Positions 26,730 to 40,400 of a stretch of DNA of 64,000 nt are shown one piece after another. Both the position numbers and the translations under genes were made by a program. A model generated the notes under the pieces. The model saw only the letters and a list, made by a program, of their open reading frames with translations, ran no database searches and was not told the origin of the DNA. The stretch's first letter is position 1. Each line of letters begins with the position of its first letter. Source of the DNA: Lingula anatina (Eukaryota; Animalia; Brachiopoda); assembly GCA_051362555.1 (NCBI GenBank), contig CM120641.1:8804001-8868000 (forward strand). The letters are read 5' to 3'.

Positions 26730-28619
26730 AGGCAGGGAGATATCAACACACTTGAAATGAATTGGGCGAGATCATTTACCCCACAATAGGTCCCATTTAC
26801 CTGAACGGATATTACTTTACTCTACTTCAAAACTTTATAGAGCTATATCTTTTAATTTTTTATAATACTATTGCATTTTACCTGTATTTTTATATCAAAT
26901 CCAGGTGAAATGTTGAAAAACCAATTAGAGTTAGTAAAGAATCTGTAATTAAAAATGCCTGGCACCCCTTCTAATTCCTCGGTCCACTTCAATTGGTAAC
27001 GAAGGGGTTGGGAGAATCAGATAACTCGCAGATCATAGGACTGTTATTTTATCGTATTCTGGGTTCATTTTTTCATAGTATCACCAGGAATAGTGATCAT
27101 GAGAACCCTTTACGGGTCTGATATCATGACAAAGGTGCACTTCTTTTGATTACAGTACTAATTGAATGAAAAGAGGAGATTTTTCCACCATCTGGCGAGA
27201 ACAAATGTGCCCGTTTTATTACTCCTTTGATGTTCCGGTAAATGCTAGCTGGCTGCTATTTAATTACACGATAGGGGTTGTGGATTTCTTTGTAATTACC
27301 CGACATCGTGCATTAACCATGTGTCTTTGTTTGGATCAACTAAGAGACATTTAGTCAGGCAACTATTTAGTTACATGTATTTTAAGAGTGAGAGGATCTA
27401 AAAAGACGTACTGACATGACATTTCTGTGATCTGTGTTTTCTCAGAGAAAAATCACCATTAAAATCATTTGTGTGGTTTGTGCGACTTTCTCAGCTTATG
27501 TGCAAGTGAGGCCATTTCAGGAAATAACCAGAAAATTGAGTTTCATCGATTGGAAGGAAAGGAAATCCATGCAGCTATCGTTTGATTTCTTCTCACGCAA
27601 TCTTTTTCGCGCTATTTTAGAATTAGCCTTTAAATTCTTATCCTTATTTTTGTACCTTGGACGAAGAAATCGTTTTATTCGTCCAAATTCTACTCCAAAA
27701 ACTATTTCCACAAACCACTAAGGTCGTCTAGACATGTTATAGTCATGAAAGATTTAAAAGTCAGTGAGAAGTCATCCACAGAAAAACAGATTCCTCATAC
27801 GAACAGATGTTAAAACCACCAACCCGTTTATTTAGAACTTTATTTGTAATTTGCCTCTGCGCTGCACCCAAACAAAATCTTGTGAATAGGAAGACCAGCC
27901 TAACTGATGAACGAAGCTATTTACCACATTTTGGGGATTTTCTACTGAAAGTAAAGGTTAAAAAAATGTAGGATCTTAAAATCGAGGGAACGATGGCATC
28001 TTTTCTTAGGAAACCCACATGTACATTAAGTAGGTCCCGTAAAGATGAAACATCAACTGGTGCTAAGCTCAAATATGAAGTATCAAGTCCGAAAAATAAC
28101 GATCGCCAAGCCAATACTTAGTGTAGCTATATAAATAAAAGAAGGGAGAAAATAAACAAATTGAAGGAAGAATAAAATGCACGCTCTCTTGTGATTTTGC
28201 CACCAATTCCCCAACATGAAAAACGTGACTATATCAAAAAGAATAAATAAATATTTCTTTTTTGGTTTATTTAACTAACCTTGGTGCCTTCCTTCCCATT
28301 AAAAAAATTAGGCAGGCACCAAGGTAACTTTTTTAATTAAATATATATCATTTTTGTTGTTGTTGTTGTTTTACCCTTTAAGGTTTAGTCATTTTTCTCA
28401 ATCACAAACGTCTCTACGTCTTGTGGATTTTATGCTTTATGGTCCTTTCTTCATTGATCGAGAAATCATTACGAGGATATAGGATCTAGAATACTATCGC
28501 CATCTATTGGTTGTCATTTTTGTTAATTATATAGACGTCGCTAGCGTAGACTAACTGACCCTGACCTTGCGCGAAAAATACTCCGAGGCGGAGCAAGTAA
28601 CTACAGTTTAAAAAGTCAA

Positions 28620-31600
28620 ATGTCGTGGGGAGGAACGCCGCATTATGTAAGTTATACATCAAAATTAAAAATGTGTCATGGCGTAATTGTCTAAAACTAC
28701 AGGAGATGGATTGCCAATGAGCTGAAAACAATTTGACAGGAATACTGTCACTTCAGCTCTAGTAGCCTATAATTATGCATGTACAGTACCACCAGTACGT
28801 GTATTTCCTCGTTTTTAATTTTGATGAATTAAATTTAAGGGCATCAGTTTTTAAAAGCAGCAAGTGTAAACTCAGTATTTCCGGGTTGGACACTTGTAAG
28901 ATTTGTGAAGACCATTAATAAACACCATTCAACAAAAGGTGGTCTGTTCATTTTATATTGATGTCAAAATTTTTCTGTTATAAGGTGACGAGATATAATA
29001 TAATAGGGCCTAGTTGTGCCACAACTACTTACAAGTGATATATTGGAATGTGGTAAAATTGTTTGTTACAATGTTTATTTCGCTTGCACTGTTTAATTAT
29101 CTTCATGCTGTGATCAAAGTTTAGCGCACTCTCTCTCTCTCTCTCTCTACTCTCTCTCTCTCTTTCTGTGTGTATGTGTGTGTGTGTGTGTGTGTCAGTA
29201 TGTACATATACCAGTATCTGATCTTGCACATGATATCACTCTCCTGTCTCCTGTGCAAGTGAATAGCAAAATGGGCTTTGGCTCATAATATAGCATCTGT
29301 ACCTATAAAACGATCAACAAGTTTTCAATGAGGAAAAGAATAAAGAGTTTTGACCTTATATGGTTGTACACCATTTTTAGTCACTTAAACTCTGTCTGCA
29401 TTATGAATAGATTGTGTTACAAGCTGCACATCCAGGCAGCTGCTTCTGTTTCCATCCTACAGTGATTGTCATTGCAACAGTTTTTATTGAAAGTGGCAGA
29501 AATAAATGCATCTTACACATTTGATGTTATTAATAACATCAGGGCTATGGCCAGGCCCCACCCCCACAACAACAAGGTTATGGTCAGCCATATGGTCAAG
29601 GTCCACAAGGTGGACAGTACAGGGGACAGACACCCAGCTCAGGGCAATATGGTCAAGCACCTGGACAGTACGGTCAACCTCCTCCTGGACAGTATGGTCA
29701 GCAGCCTTGTCAGCAATATGGGGCAGGATATGGCTATCAGCAGCAACAGCCTGGTGGAGCGTATGGCGGTGGGTACCCAGGGGGACAACCCGGAGGGGGC
29801 GGTTTTGGATATGGTGCAACACCTCCACCCCCTGGGATAAGCCCAGATTTGTGGCAATGGTTTCAGGTAAATAATATTTTAGTTGATAATATATTTTAAA
29901 AAATCAGTTAATACCATGTGTGATGGGTGAGAAGTTATTTTTATTTATTTATTTATTTATTGTATGAGAAAATGAAAACTTTGGGCTATTGACAAGTAAC
30001 ATCCTCTTGCTAGTTTCTGTCCATTCTATCAGACAGATTTTCAGAAAAAAAAGGCTAAAACCTGACTGCTGAGAGATCTTGTTTTGTGAAACTTTTGGCG
30101 GAAGTAAGACGCCATTGCTTGCTGCATATTCTACATTTTTTACCATTGAGGCCCTGTAAATTAAACAAGAAAGTAAATTTCACTACACAAACTCATTCTT
30201 ATTTGTAACATGCAGTAGCTTTGCAGACAGCTGGCAATGAGCTAGTGCAGTAAGTGAATGGCTCGATGGTTATCAACCTTTTTTATCTTCTGTACATTGT
30301 GTGGCACAATGTCACAAGATATGTCTTATATTTATGCTACATAAGGAAAATTTGATTGATTCTATATTTACTGATTAAAAAAAAAAATCCCTGCATACCT
30401 TACGTCTTTCTGGTTACAGGCCTGTCTGTATAGGCTGATCATTTTTAATAAGAAGCTTATATTTTTATTTTCATTACGCAGGCTGTTGATCAGGATCGAT
30501 CAGGCCAGATCACAGCAAGTGAATTGCAATCAGCTTTGGTGAATGGAAACTGGACACCATTCAATAAAGAAACATGCAGGCTGATGATTGGAATGTTTGA
30601 CAAAGATAGGTCTGTTTGTTATGTAAAATTTTCCTTGAATTTCAGAACAAATAAATGTGAGTTTTTAAAAGGATGGATCTAGGAAATAAAATGGCAGAAA
30701 TGAAATGCCATCTAAAGATATATTTGATACAGTTAAGAATTCTGTGCTACCGATATGTTCATTTGGTGAGAAGAAGGACACAAAGATGTGGAAAAAGAAA
30801 ATCTTTGTGAGTTGTATGTCACAGTGCAAAGAATTTTTTTCTGTCTCTTGACTCTGGCTTGCTGCAAGGTACACTTTTTGATCACAAAAATTGAATCTTA
30901 AATGTGCCTTGGTGCAACTTAAATATAGAAGAATGCCTATTTTCTGATATTTTGCCAGTGTATATGATCTGCTTTGTAAATGATTATTTACCATGTGTAG
31001 TAAATTGATACACTTGGTAATGGTATGTGTTATATTTTATTTTTAGATTATCATTCTTGTATATTTTATATCATTAACAGAAGTGGGACAATAGGTGTTC
31101 AAGAATTTGCAGCCCTCTGGAAATACATACAAGACTGGAAAAGCTGTTTTGATGGGTAAGCTTTTCATATGTTATTTAGAAAGTTTACATGCTATTTAAA
31201 ATTTACACATCATTAGGGTTTGTATGTATTAATCCGACAAAATACATTTAAACCTTAGAAAGTTGTAATTAAAAAGTTACATGTAATGGTATTTGTTGCA
31301 TGTAGTTTTTAAAAATATATATATATTTTTTTTTAAGTTTTGATGCAGACAGATCAGGGAACATTGATGCCAATGAACTCAATAATGCATTCCGTACCTT
31401 TGGGTATAATTTGTAAGTACTTGTACATGTCTTTAATTCAAGCCTTCAGTTGATACTGATGTTTACTCCAAATAATTAAAATCTGTTTTTTTAATGAGGA
31501 CTGAACTTTGAAATTATATCTTTTAAGACACCAATCTCTTTTTAAATTTTTTTTTCTGAACTGAGAGGAATGTAACATGCTTCTTCTTTCTTATTAAATA

Positions 31601-32659
31601 ACACCATACTAGTATTGTAGAGCCAAATTTGCTATATTTTTTTAATAAGCCTGTTAAAATGTCTATTATTTTATGAATAAAAGAATAGATACAGTACTTC
31701 AGAAGGCTTATACTTTCCACATTACCATGTGGCACTTCTGTTTTAGATCCCCACAGTTTTGTCAGTTGGTAACTCGTGTCTTTGATCGCAGTGGTAGAGG
31801 AGTTATGAAATTTGACGACTTCATTCAAGCATGTGTGATGCTTAAGTCATTAACTGACAAATTTCGAATGAAGGACACATCCCAGCAAGGAGTTATAAGA
31901 ATACACTATGAAGAGGTTAGCATATTTTACATCATGTTCAGACCCAGTAATGCCTGTGCATAGCCCATCTGATTCTGCCCATTTCCCCACAATAACTACA
32001 AAACAATGTTACCGTTTTGCTTCAAACTCACATGCATTGCACACCCATTGCTCTAAAAAGCCTGTCAGTTTTGAAACTGGGTGTGATATGATGATCTTTT
32101 AAATTCGATTTTTTACCTATTTTGCCTCATGGAGACCATTTCATCCAAGTGGTAACTCTAACTTTAAAGCTGAAACCTGATGGGGCTACCCTCTGATATC
32201 AGGGGCTTCTGAATTAGTACACAAACTCTAAGTATGAGCCATACAACAATTATGTAACAAAGATCTAGTGCATCCTGTAGACAGAATGTGTTATAGGGCT
32301 ACTTTTACCAGTAGGCCTAAATTGGAGGTCAAGTCCAAAAGTGGGCATTTTGTAGCACAAAATTAGTAAATAATTAAAAGGAAGTATGTGTTTGCACTGT
32401 CTTCATTAATTTTGAACTTGATACACTGTGGATCTCTGAGTAAATAAATTGTCTTTTACATCAGAAAAAATTATTATGAATATTGTGAATGTCCCATAAA
32501 AACTCTGTATTTAAATGTGATTTTGAAATTTTGTCTTTTGTATATTGTGTATTATTAAATTATAATTTTTTTTAGATTTTGATAATTGTATTTAATTCCA
32601 TATCTCTTTTACAGTTTTTGGAGATGGTGCTTGATAACACCTTGAATAGAATCAGTTGA
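28620..32659 (+). CDS. Penta-EF-hand calcium-binding protein, peflin/PDCD6 (ALG-2)-like, with a long Gly/Gln/Pro/Tyr-rich N-terminus
   Basis: Exons 28620-28646, 29543-29866, 30482-30609, 31081-31155, 31338-31412, 31747-31915, 32615-32659, phases consistent; EF loops DQDRSGQITASE, DKDRSGTIGVQE, DADRSGNIDANE; FDDFIQACVML..LTDKFR.KD. Confidence 0.92.
29129..29194. repeat. (CT)n/(GT)n compound microsatellite
   Basis: Read directly. Confidence 0.9.
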
Positions 32660-34086
32660 AATTAACCTGTTATCACAGACAAAGAGAAGGGTGACAAAAA
32701 TGGATATGATCTGTGCTCTTCATGGAAATGAGACTGACATTGGTTTATGATTACAACAAAATGTGATATTTAACAAAGCAAATAATTTCAAATGTAAACT
32801 TGACCCAATATTCAGATGAGCACATGTTGCCACAGAATCTGGAAAATCATTATTTGATTCTAGGATCCAACATGTTGGGTCCCAGTTTGGTTTCATCAGT
32901 AAGTATGAATTTGACCAGATCATGCTGTTAAGAATTTGTCACTGTAAATGTATAAGAAGTTTTAATGGTTGTAATTGATGTAATTAGAAAAATAATGATA
33001 ACCATTGTGTTTGTAAGTACATTTTATAATACATGGAGATTTAATACATGTATATACCGGGTATGCTATTGATGTACAGTACCAGTATTTTCTTGAATAT
33101 TTTTCATTATGGAGATTTTGGATTAATGTGATTTATTAAACAAGGTTTTGTTTCTTCTTTCTTAAAGAAAATTAATTTTTTTATTAAAAAGGCTGTATAC
33201 AGAAATTTTGCATAAAATTTATGATTTATGGATTTGCTTGGGGTCTAAAACAATTCTTAAATTGTGACAGCTGAGCGTGGGCTCATCCTGTGGGTGTTCT
33301 GACTGATACTCCGAAATGCGATCTGACACACACCTTGAAAACGGGTAGTGTGGTCCGATATACCGGTTAATTCAGGATCCTTATGTGCCGAGTCTGGTAG
33401 TTGGGTAGGCCTGAATACTACCCCAGTACTTGCATGTCTATAACTCTGTTGAGCTTCAAGTTCAAAATTATTAAATTTAAGTACCATTTCACAACCACAT
33501 TTCCTTCACTTGGCTGGAGTAACTTAATACTTATTCACAAACCTTCATTTTGATATGAATGCAGATTTAGGAGCAAATGGTAGTCGAGTTCATCTCTTAA
33601 AAGGATGCATTGCAGGGACTCATACGTGTGCTAAAATTGAGCAGATCAAGACATTGGCAATCCAGGGTTTAAGCAGTTTGTGTTAAATAAGGTGATTTTA
33701 ATTTTTTTTTTATCTATCTCAAAATTTAAGAACCATTTTACGTTATGTGTTTTGCAAATAAAAAATGCACCCTTTCTTTAAACCTCGACTTTGACCTACT
33801 CCTGGATTTGGCCTCTCTTGCACAACGAATTATCGATGAATATTGTTTTCACTTAGTACCAAACGATTTTCAGCACAAGAAGTGTGTACGCATCTTGTTA
33901 TATCTGCTTACTATACTTGGTTATGATGGATACAGTACGTGCCCAGAATCTATTTGATAATCTATGAAAGTTGCATCATCATGTTGGCATTGGAGTCGAT
34001 ATAGGAGATCATCAAATCGACATTTAAGAAATATGATTCTTGTCTTCAGTGTTGTTCCGTCCACGCACTGATTACTGGTTATAATT

Positions 34087-36887
34087 ATGATACTTAGAAC
34101 ACTCTCGTATATCTGGAAAACTATGCTTAGGAGTAAATATACCGATGCGCTGTGGAATTTTCTGGTTCGTGCGGGTTTAGTAGCCCTCCCCAAGCCAAGA
34201 ATATTGTTACAAAATGATCACTTAGTAGTGATTGACAAAGACCCAGATGTAAGGATAAATTCGGACGATCCAAACATGGCTGTCACAGTTGAAAATCAGC
34301 TTCGCTTATTATACCCTGACAAAGCGGACGCACGGATAAAGCATGGTTACAGGTAGTCAAGTTTATAAAAGAACTACAAGTGTAACATTAAATGTTTTAA
34401 TTATTTGTTATGATAATTAACTTAAAGGGATAATAACTCTTCGTATGAGATCTATATTTCACAATAAAAACATTGTTAAAAACTCATAGAAATATAATAT
34501 ATTCTGTTGTACCACAAAAAAGGCAGTTATAGCTATTATTCTGATATCTGAGCTTGTCCTCAATTGATGGCTAAACTCTGCTATAATCTCTTAAGAGATT
34601 ATAACAATAAAACAAACTTTTTAGGAAAAAAAACAGGGACTAACTTTGAATGTTTAAATGGATTCATTAACCATAGGTGAGTATGAGAAAATTGTTTACT
34701 TCAGGAAAATTAATTTTTTGGCCAAAACGAAGAGTTAGTATCCCTTTAATTGTACACTTATATATCTCAGTTGTACTCCGTTCACGTACTGTTTATATGG
34801 GGTTATCAATTTATGTTTCTGCATCAACCCAAGTTGTAGAGTTACTTCCCTGCATCATTACCCTGCCTTGCAAATATTTTATCCTACTTATCCAATACCA
34901 ACCCTACCCACTCTGATATGCCCACACAATATGGAATTCTAAACTTCATTTTTACCATTAGTTGTGTATTGATTTCTTTAAAAATAAGCTACTGTAAAAT
35001 AAATATCTTGTTCAATTTACTCTTTTTCCAGGTTTATTCATCGTCTGGATTTTGCTACCAGTGGAGTCTTGTGTTTAGCATTCAATAAAAAAGCTTGTAA
35101 TGAGGCCAGTCAGCAATTTAAGAATAAGAAAGTGACCAAACACTATCTTGCTTTGGTATGTCTAAAAAAACATGTTGATCCTACTTACAGTGAACCATTT
35201 TGAATTCGTATTGAATATAAAGGTATACTATACATTGTATACAGCTATTAAAAATGTCCTGAGGTCATATTTTCTGTCCTTTTATATCCTGTGATATACC
35301 CTACTTTCCCAATTCAGGCCTTTCAAATGTTGAAACCCCTAAATTGAAGTACCTGATGTTGATATTTCCTTCTGAAGTGTTCAGGAAGACACAGCCATCA
35401 AAGTGGCTTGCCAGTTTGGCAGTCATTTAGCCACATATTTAATTAAAATGTATAAGGCATCAGATTCAAGAGCACAGTTTGATGTTTAAGAAATAACTAA
35501 TTTATTCAGCAGATTTATACCATCAAAAATTGTGTATGAACTATTTTTAAAGGGAAATAATATATTCCATTTTATCTCTGGATTTCCTTTGGTGAACACC
35601 AAATGCTTAATTGCTTTCATCTGAACAAGTTCTGTTCTCAATACAGATTCTCTTATCAATTGAGAATTTGCTATGCTTAATCATTAACCCATCGCCTGCA
35701 GTATGTACATGTTCCACAGCAATGCAAGCATTTGAAAACACAGTTGGGCTTTAACCAATGATATTAACATAATTATAATTTAAAAGAATCATCTGAATCA
35801 TCTTTTTTATGCTGCTAGGTTCGTGGCCACATTCAAATCCCCTATCTCACCATCAATCTTGCAATTGGCAAGGAGACTGCTCCAAGCATGGAGCATATGT
35901 GCTGTGCATCAACCTCTGCAACATGTATCAATCCGAAGCAAGCTAAGACTCATCTAGTGCTTTTAGAGTTAGGCCTGTATCAGAATTCTCCTGCATCAAA
36001 GGTGCTGTTAATACCAGAGACAGGTAAACTATTCAGAAAACTGTCTGTAAAATGTCAACTTTTTATTTCAGGCGTTCTTTCCTATATTTTGCAAGTTGAG
36101 TTGAATGTTTTAAAAGTTCAGTTGAAAGGCTTCTCTTTCTGTTAATTGAAATTTTAATTTACAAAAGTTAAACTTTTTTGTTTGATACAGTCTAATTTTT
36201 AATTGTCTCATGTCAACTTTTTAAAACGGCCTAAGCATAATATCAAAATCTATAATGGGTAACTTGTGGATTGAATAAAGCAATGCCACTACAATAAGGG
36301 TCCATACCCACAGATATTTGGATTGATCTATCTCCCTGGGGAGTCTCACTAAATTGCTATCAAACTTATCGACTTAAACATTTGACACGTCTGGTAAAAC
36401 TGTTAGGGGGTAATTATCTTTACCCCTAGCTGATTCAGTAGGCGTGACAGACATTTAAGCCTCTTGAGCAGATAGCAATTTAGCGTGAACCCCCAGGGAG
36501 TTAGGTCAATCCAGATGGATCGATCTAAGTATGGGAACCCAGTCTCAAATATGCCTTATAAACTAAGCATTATGTCACATATCCTACTCCATGACTACAT
36601 AAATATTTTGTGTTTGATTCAATCTTAAAATTTAATTTCAAGGTAGACAACATCAGCTCAGAGTCCACTGTATGTCTGTTGGTCATCCCATAGTTGGGGA
36701 TTACACATACAGTTTCAGAACAGACAACAAACCATATCGTATGATGCTGCATGCGTACAGGCTGATCATTCCTCTACAAAGTGGAGACATAGATGTCACA
36801 GCTCCAGATCCATTTTTAACAGAGACTGATGGTCATTGGAGACCCACTGATATTTTGTTGACTTATTCAGACTTCATTAAGACTTAA
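34087..36887 (+). CDS. RPUSD1: RluA-family RNA pseudouridine synthase domain-containing protein 1
   Basis: Exons 34087-34352, 35032-35155, 35819-36023, 36643-36887; motifs HRLDFATSG (catalytic Asp), VTKHYLAL, TGRQHQLRVHC..GHPIVGD.TY, RMMLHA, PDPF. Start codon uncertain. Confidence 0.9.
36298..36544. mobile_element. Palindromic MITE in RPUSD1 intron 3
   Basis: Imperfect fold-back; shares CAGTAGGCGTGACAGACAT.TAAGCCTCTT and the ACTGGGTTCCCATAC terminus with 56786-57010. Confidence 0.65.
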
Positions 36888-37450
36888 AATTGTCTATATT
36901 ACAAATGTTAATTATACCAAGTACATTTAATAATATTTAATAAATGTTAATATTGCAGATATTTGATATTTTGTATTTCCTTAAAGTAGATAATAAGATA
37001 TCTTGGGCATTTTAAGCTTAAAAAATACATATATGGAAAGTTGTCTAACAAACACTTCCTTCAAAAATTCTGACATGGCAATGGCAGAACAAAGACATTT
37101 TAAGGCACCAGACCTATGCTCTTGACAATTTTCACTTTCTGTACACAAGGTGAGGTCAGATTTTACACATTAAATCAATGCTTTATAAATCACAAAACTA
37201 TATATTAAAGTATATCAAAAAGAACAGTTCTATCACATTTGATGGCCATAACCTCTACCCAATGCAAGTCCATCTGTGTAAACATGGTATTTGTCCATGA
37301 GCATATCAATGTAAATTTGTTGCACCTGGTACATGTATATCTATCCTTAGCTGTCTTCATGTAAAGCCAATGCCTTATCGTTAAATTGTGTATATAAAAA
37401 TAAATATTAAATGTGTGTATAAGGTACAACATAGAGAACAGTTCAGTCAA

Positions 37451-40400
37451 TCACTGAGCCATAGCAATCTCTACCCAATACACTTCCTCATCTGTGCATA
37501 ATTCGCCATCATATTTGTCCATGACTATCTTAATGTAAACTTTGGCACCTGGTTCCACTACTCTCCACTTGTCTTCATCCAATCCATTAATACTGTTAAT
37601 GGCATTGTTTATTCTGTCAATGAAATTTTTGCAGTCTTCATCATCTCTGTACTTTGGTGGGATATTTGCTGGATGGATTGGTTTTCCCTTATATTTTTCC
37701 TTACAAAATGTAATGGTATAACGCCTATCTGGAATGTGTTCAACCTGAAAAAGTCAAACATTAGGGTGATCATACACGAGACCTAAACAATTCCTTTTTC
37801 ACTGATATTCCAAGTAATGGTATTGGTACTTCTGCTCTGTAAATGAGTACATGGAATCACCAAGTAAAGACAAATATGTTACAAAACCCCATAGAGGCAT
37901 CAGGGTAAAACTGCACCAAAATGTCATCTCAGAATACAAAACAAAAGTAACATGCAAAACACGAGCACAGGATTCCAGTGATTGCGCATGTACAAAAAGT
38001 AAGCTGTTTGAAATGGACAAATGTTGAAATTGACAAAGCCTGTCCGAGTCTACTGTCTGGTTGATTTGATTTGCTTTCTGGTGTCGTTTTGAGAAAGTAT
38101 ATTGGAAATGTTCTGTTGATTGTATGTATGAAAAGGTAAATCCATCCGACTTTGCCTAGAATTACACTTATTTTGCCTGCATTTTTTGGGGGGGGGGGGG
38201 GTTCCATCCCTCTCCCAATCTTGATAAATAAAATGGTTCATTTGGCAGATTAAAAATGATATTCCAAAATGCATTTTAAATTGTAGGAAGGTCAATTGCA
38301 GGTAATGCTGCGAGGATGTTTTTATTTGGGGCCAAATTGGCCAATATAGAATTTTTAACTTCTACTTTTGTGTTTTGAGTGCCAGCTCAAATTTTTCAAA
38401 AGCGAGGCATTCATATCAAACACTGTGATACAATTTACCTTGTAAAAATTTGTTTTTTAATAAACACCATAGCTTGGCATACATCAAAAGACTTCTCATT
38501 TATGATTGGAATCTTTAATAAATACAAAATATATATGATATAATAAGCTCTAATGTGATGCCTATTTATTAGCTTAATTGATATTTTTGTAGAATTTAGA
38601 GATTAAAAATGCCAAAGATCGTCTTGTGACCTGGTTATATGTTTTTCCTGTGCTCAAAATGAACGTGATGAATGCATACTGTTTTCCAAAAGACTGTAAC
38701 TCTACAGAACTTATGAGATAACAATAATAACAATATTCTTGAATAAATTCTGTCAGCTTTTATTTGGTACAACACTGCACTCACTTATCTTTCTTTCCTA
38801 CTTCACTTCCAACTCCAAATCCCAACACAAATTCTCACTTGATTTTATGTTAAGTCAAGAGACTACAGGTAGACTATATAAAATGATTTCCATTGAAACC
38901 TGCTATAGTTCATCATGAACTGACCAGATAAAGATCCCGACATTAGACAGTCCAGTCAGAAATCAATTCATATGGATTGTTTAAGATTTTTTCAAATAGC
39001 TCAGAAAATTTCTGGTAAGACTGCGGATTACAGACTAACTTGGATTTGAACTATCACAATTTCTTTGAATACTCTTTTTATCTGAGCTCGGGCAGTAATC
39101 CTTACCTTAAAAACTAAGAGTTCATTTGTTCTGGTTTCTGTAAGATGATCAAGCAAATCCATCAGCTTATTTCCTGCAATGTCGATAAGCAACACTGGCC
39201 CTGATTGAAGCTTGACGTTCTTTGTCAAAAAACAGTGCAAGGGAAAGTTGCGGTACAAGGACTGCTGAAGATCTTCATCACTGTCAATCTCACAATTTAG
39301 TACTTCATCCATCAAACACAGATGCTCTCCTGATATCCTAGCAGGGAAATACCCTGCAAGAAGAAAAAATTGCTTCACTTAAATTCATTTGACATCAGTT
39401 TTGGAGGTTAATTTTTAATTAATGTCACGAGTTACAATACACTAATCATGACCCTCATTTTACATTTTCATGCAATGTGAAGAAACACATAACAACCTCT
39501 TAGCTATAAACAAATCTCTTAATCATCACTGTTATCATATATCAATAATCTATATACTCAGAAGCAATGCAACTGAACTGATAACAAACCCTTTTCTTTA
39601 ACTTGTTCAGCTATATAATCTTTGAAGGCTGACAGCTCATCACCATCTCCTTGAGGTTCATCTTTCAGTTTCAAGACCAAATTTCCTTTGGGAGTAAAAA
39701 CTAATGCCTTCTGGTTCAAGTCCTCCTTGTTGTAATAAGCAATTTTCATAGGGCGTCTATGATGGGAATATATTTCTGGTTGTTGGATACCATGATTTAA
39801 ATTATGTAATTCCCTTTTGACATGCTCATACACATAACTTTGTAGGATTTCAAAAGAGATGTACCCTTTTACTGATGCTTCTTTTTGCATCGTTTCACAC
39901 AAGCTACATGTGTTATTACTATCCTGAAGGCCACATTCTTGACCACTTTTCAGTCCATTCACCATGTGTTTTGTGAAGATACTTAGTCCATCACAGATCA
40001 TTGCACGAGATGTCTGATGCTCTGCACAGGACCACCATTGGTAAGAACAACGGTTGTCAGAATCAGAAGGTTCGCCTTTTACAATATATCTATGATGAGG
40101 ATTGATGGCTGCACCATTACTAGGGGATGCACTATCTGAATCAGCTTCTAAATTCTTGGCTTCCAGTGGCAACTCTGTAGTGGCTTTAGCATCTCCAGCA
40201 GCATTTATGGGACCAATATGACAGCTCTCTGGACTTGACTGCACATCTGGGAGTCCCATATCGATGACACTCATTTTATAATCCACTTTGCCGTCTGCCT
40301 CTAGACTATCACTTTGGCTGACGTCTGTTATGGTCTGAGCAGAACCCATTGTTCCCTTTTCAATATCCCTATTAGAAGCTGCAAAACAGCAATCCAATAT

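Noticed and set aside
29466-29874. Several overlapping ORFs on both strands
   Set aside because: Shadow frames of the low-complexity G/Q/P/Y exon of the penta-EF-hand gene.
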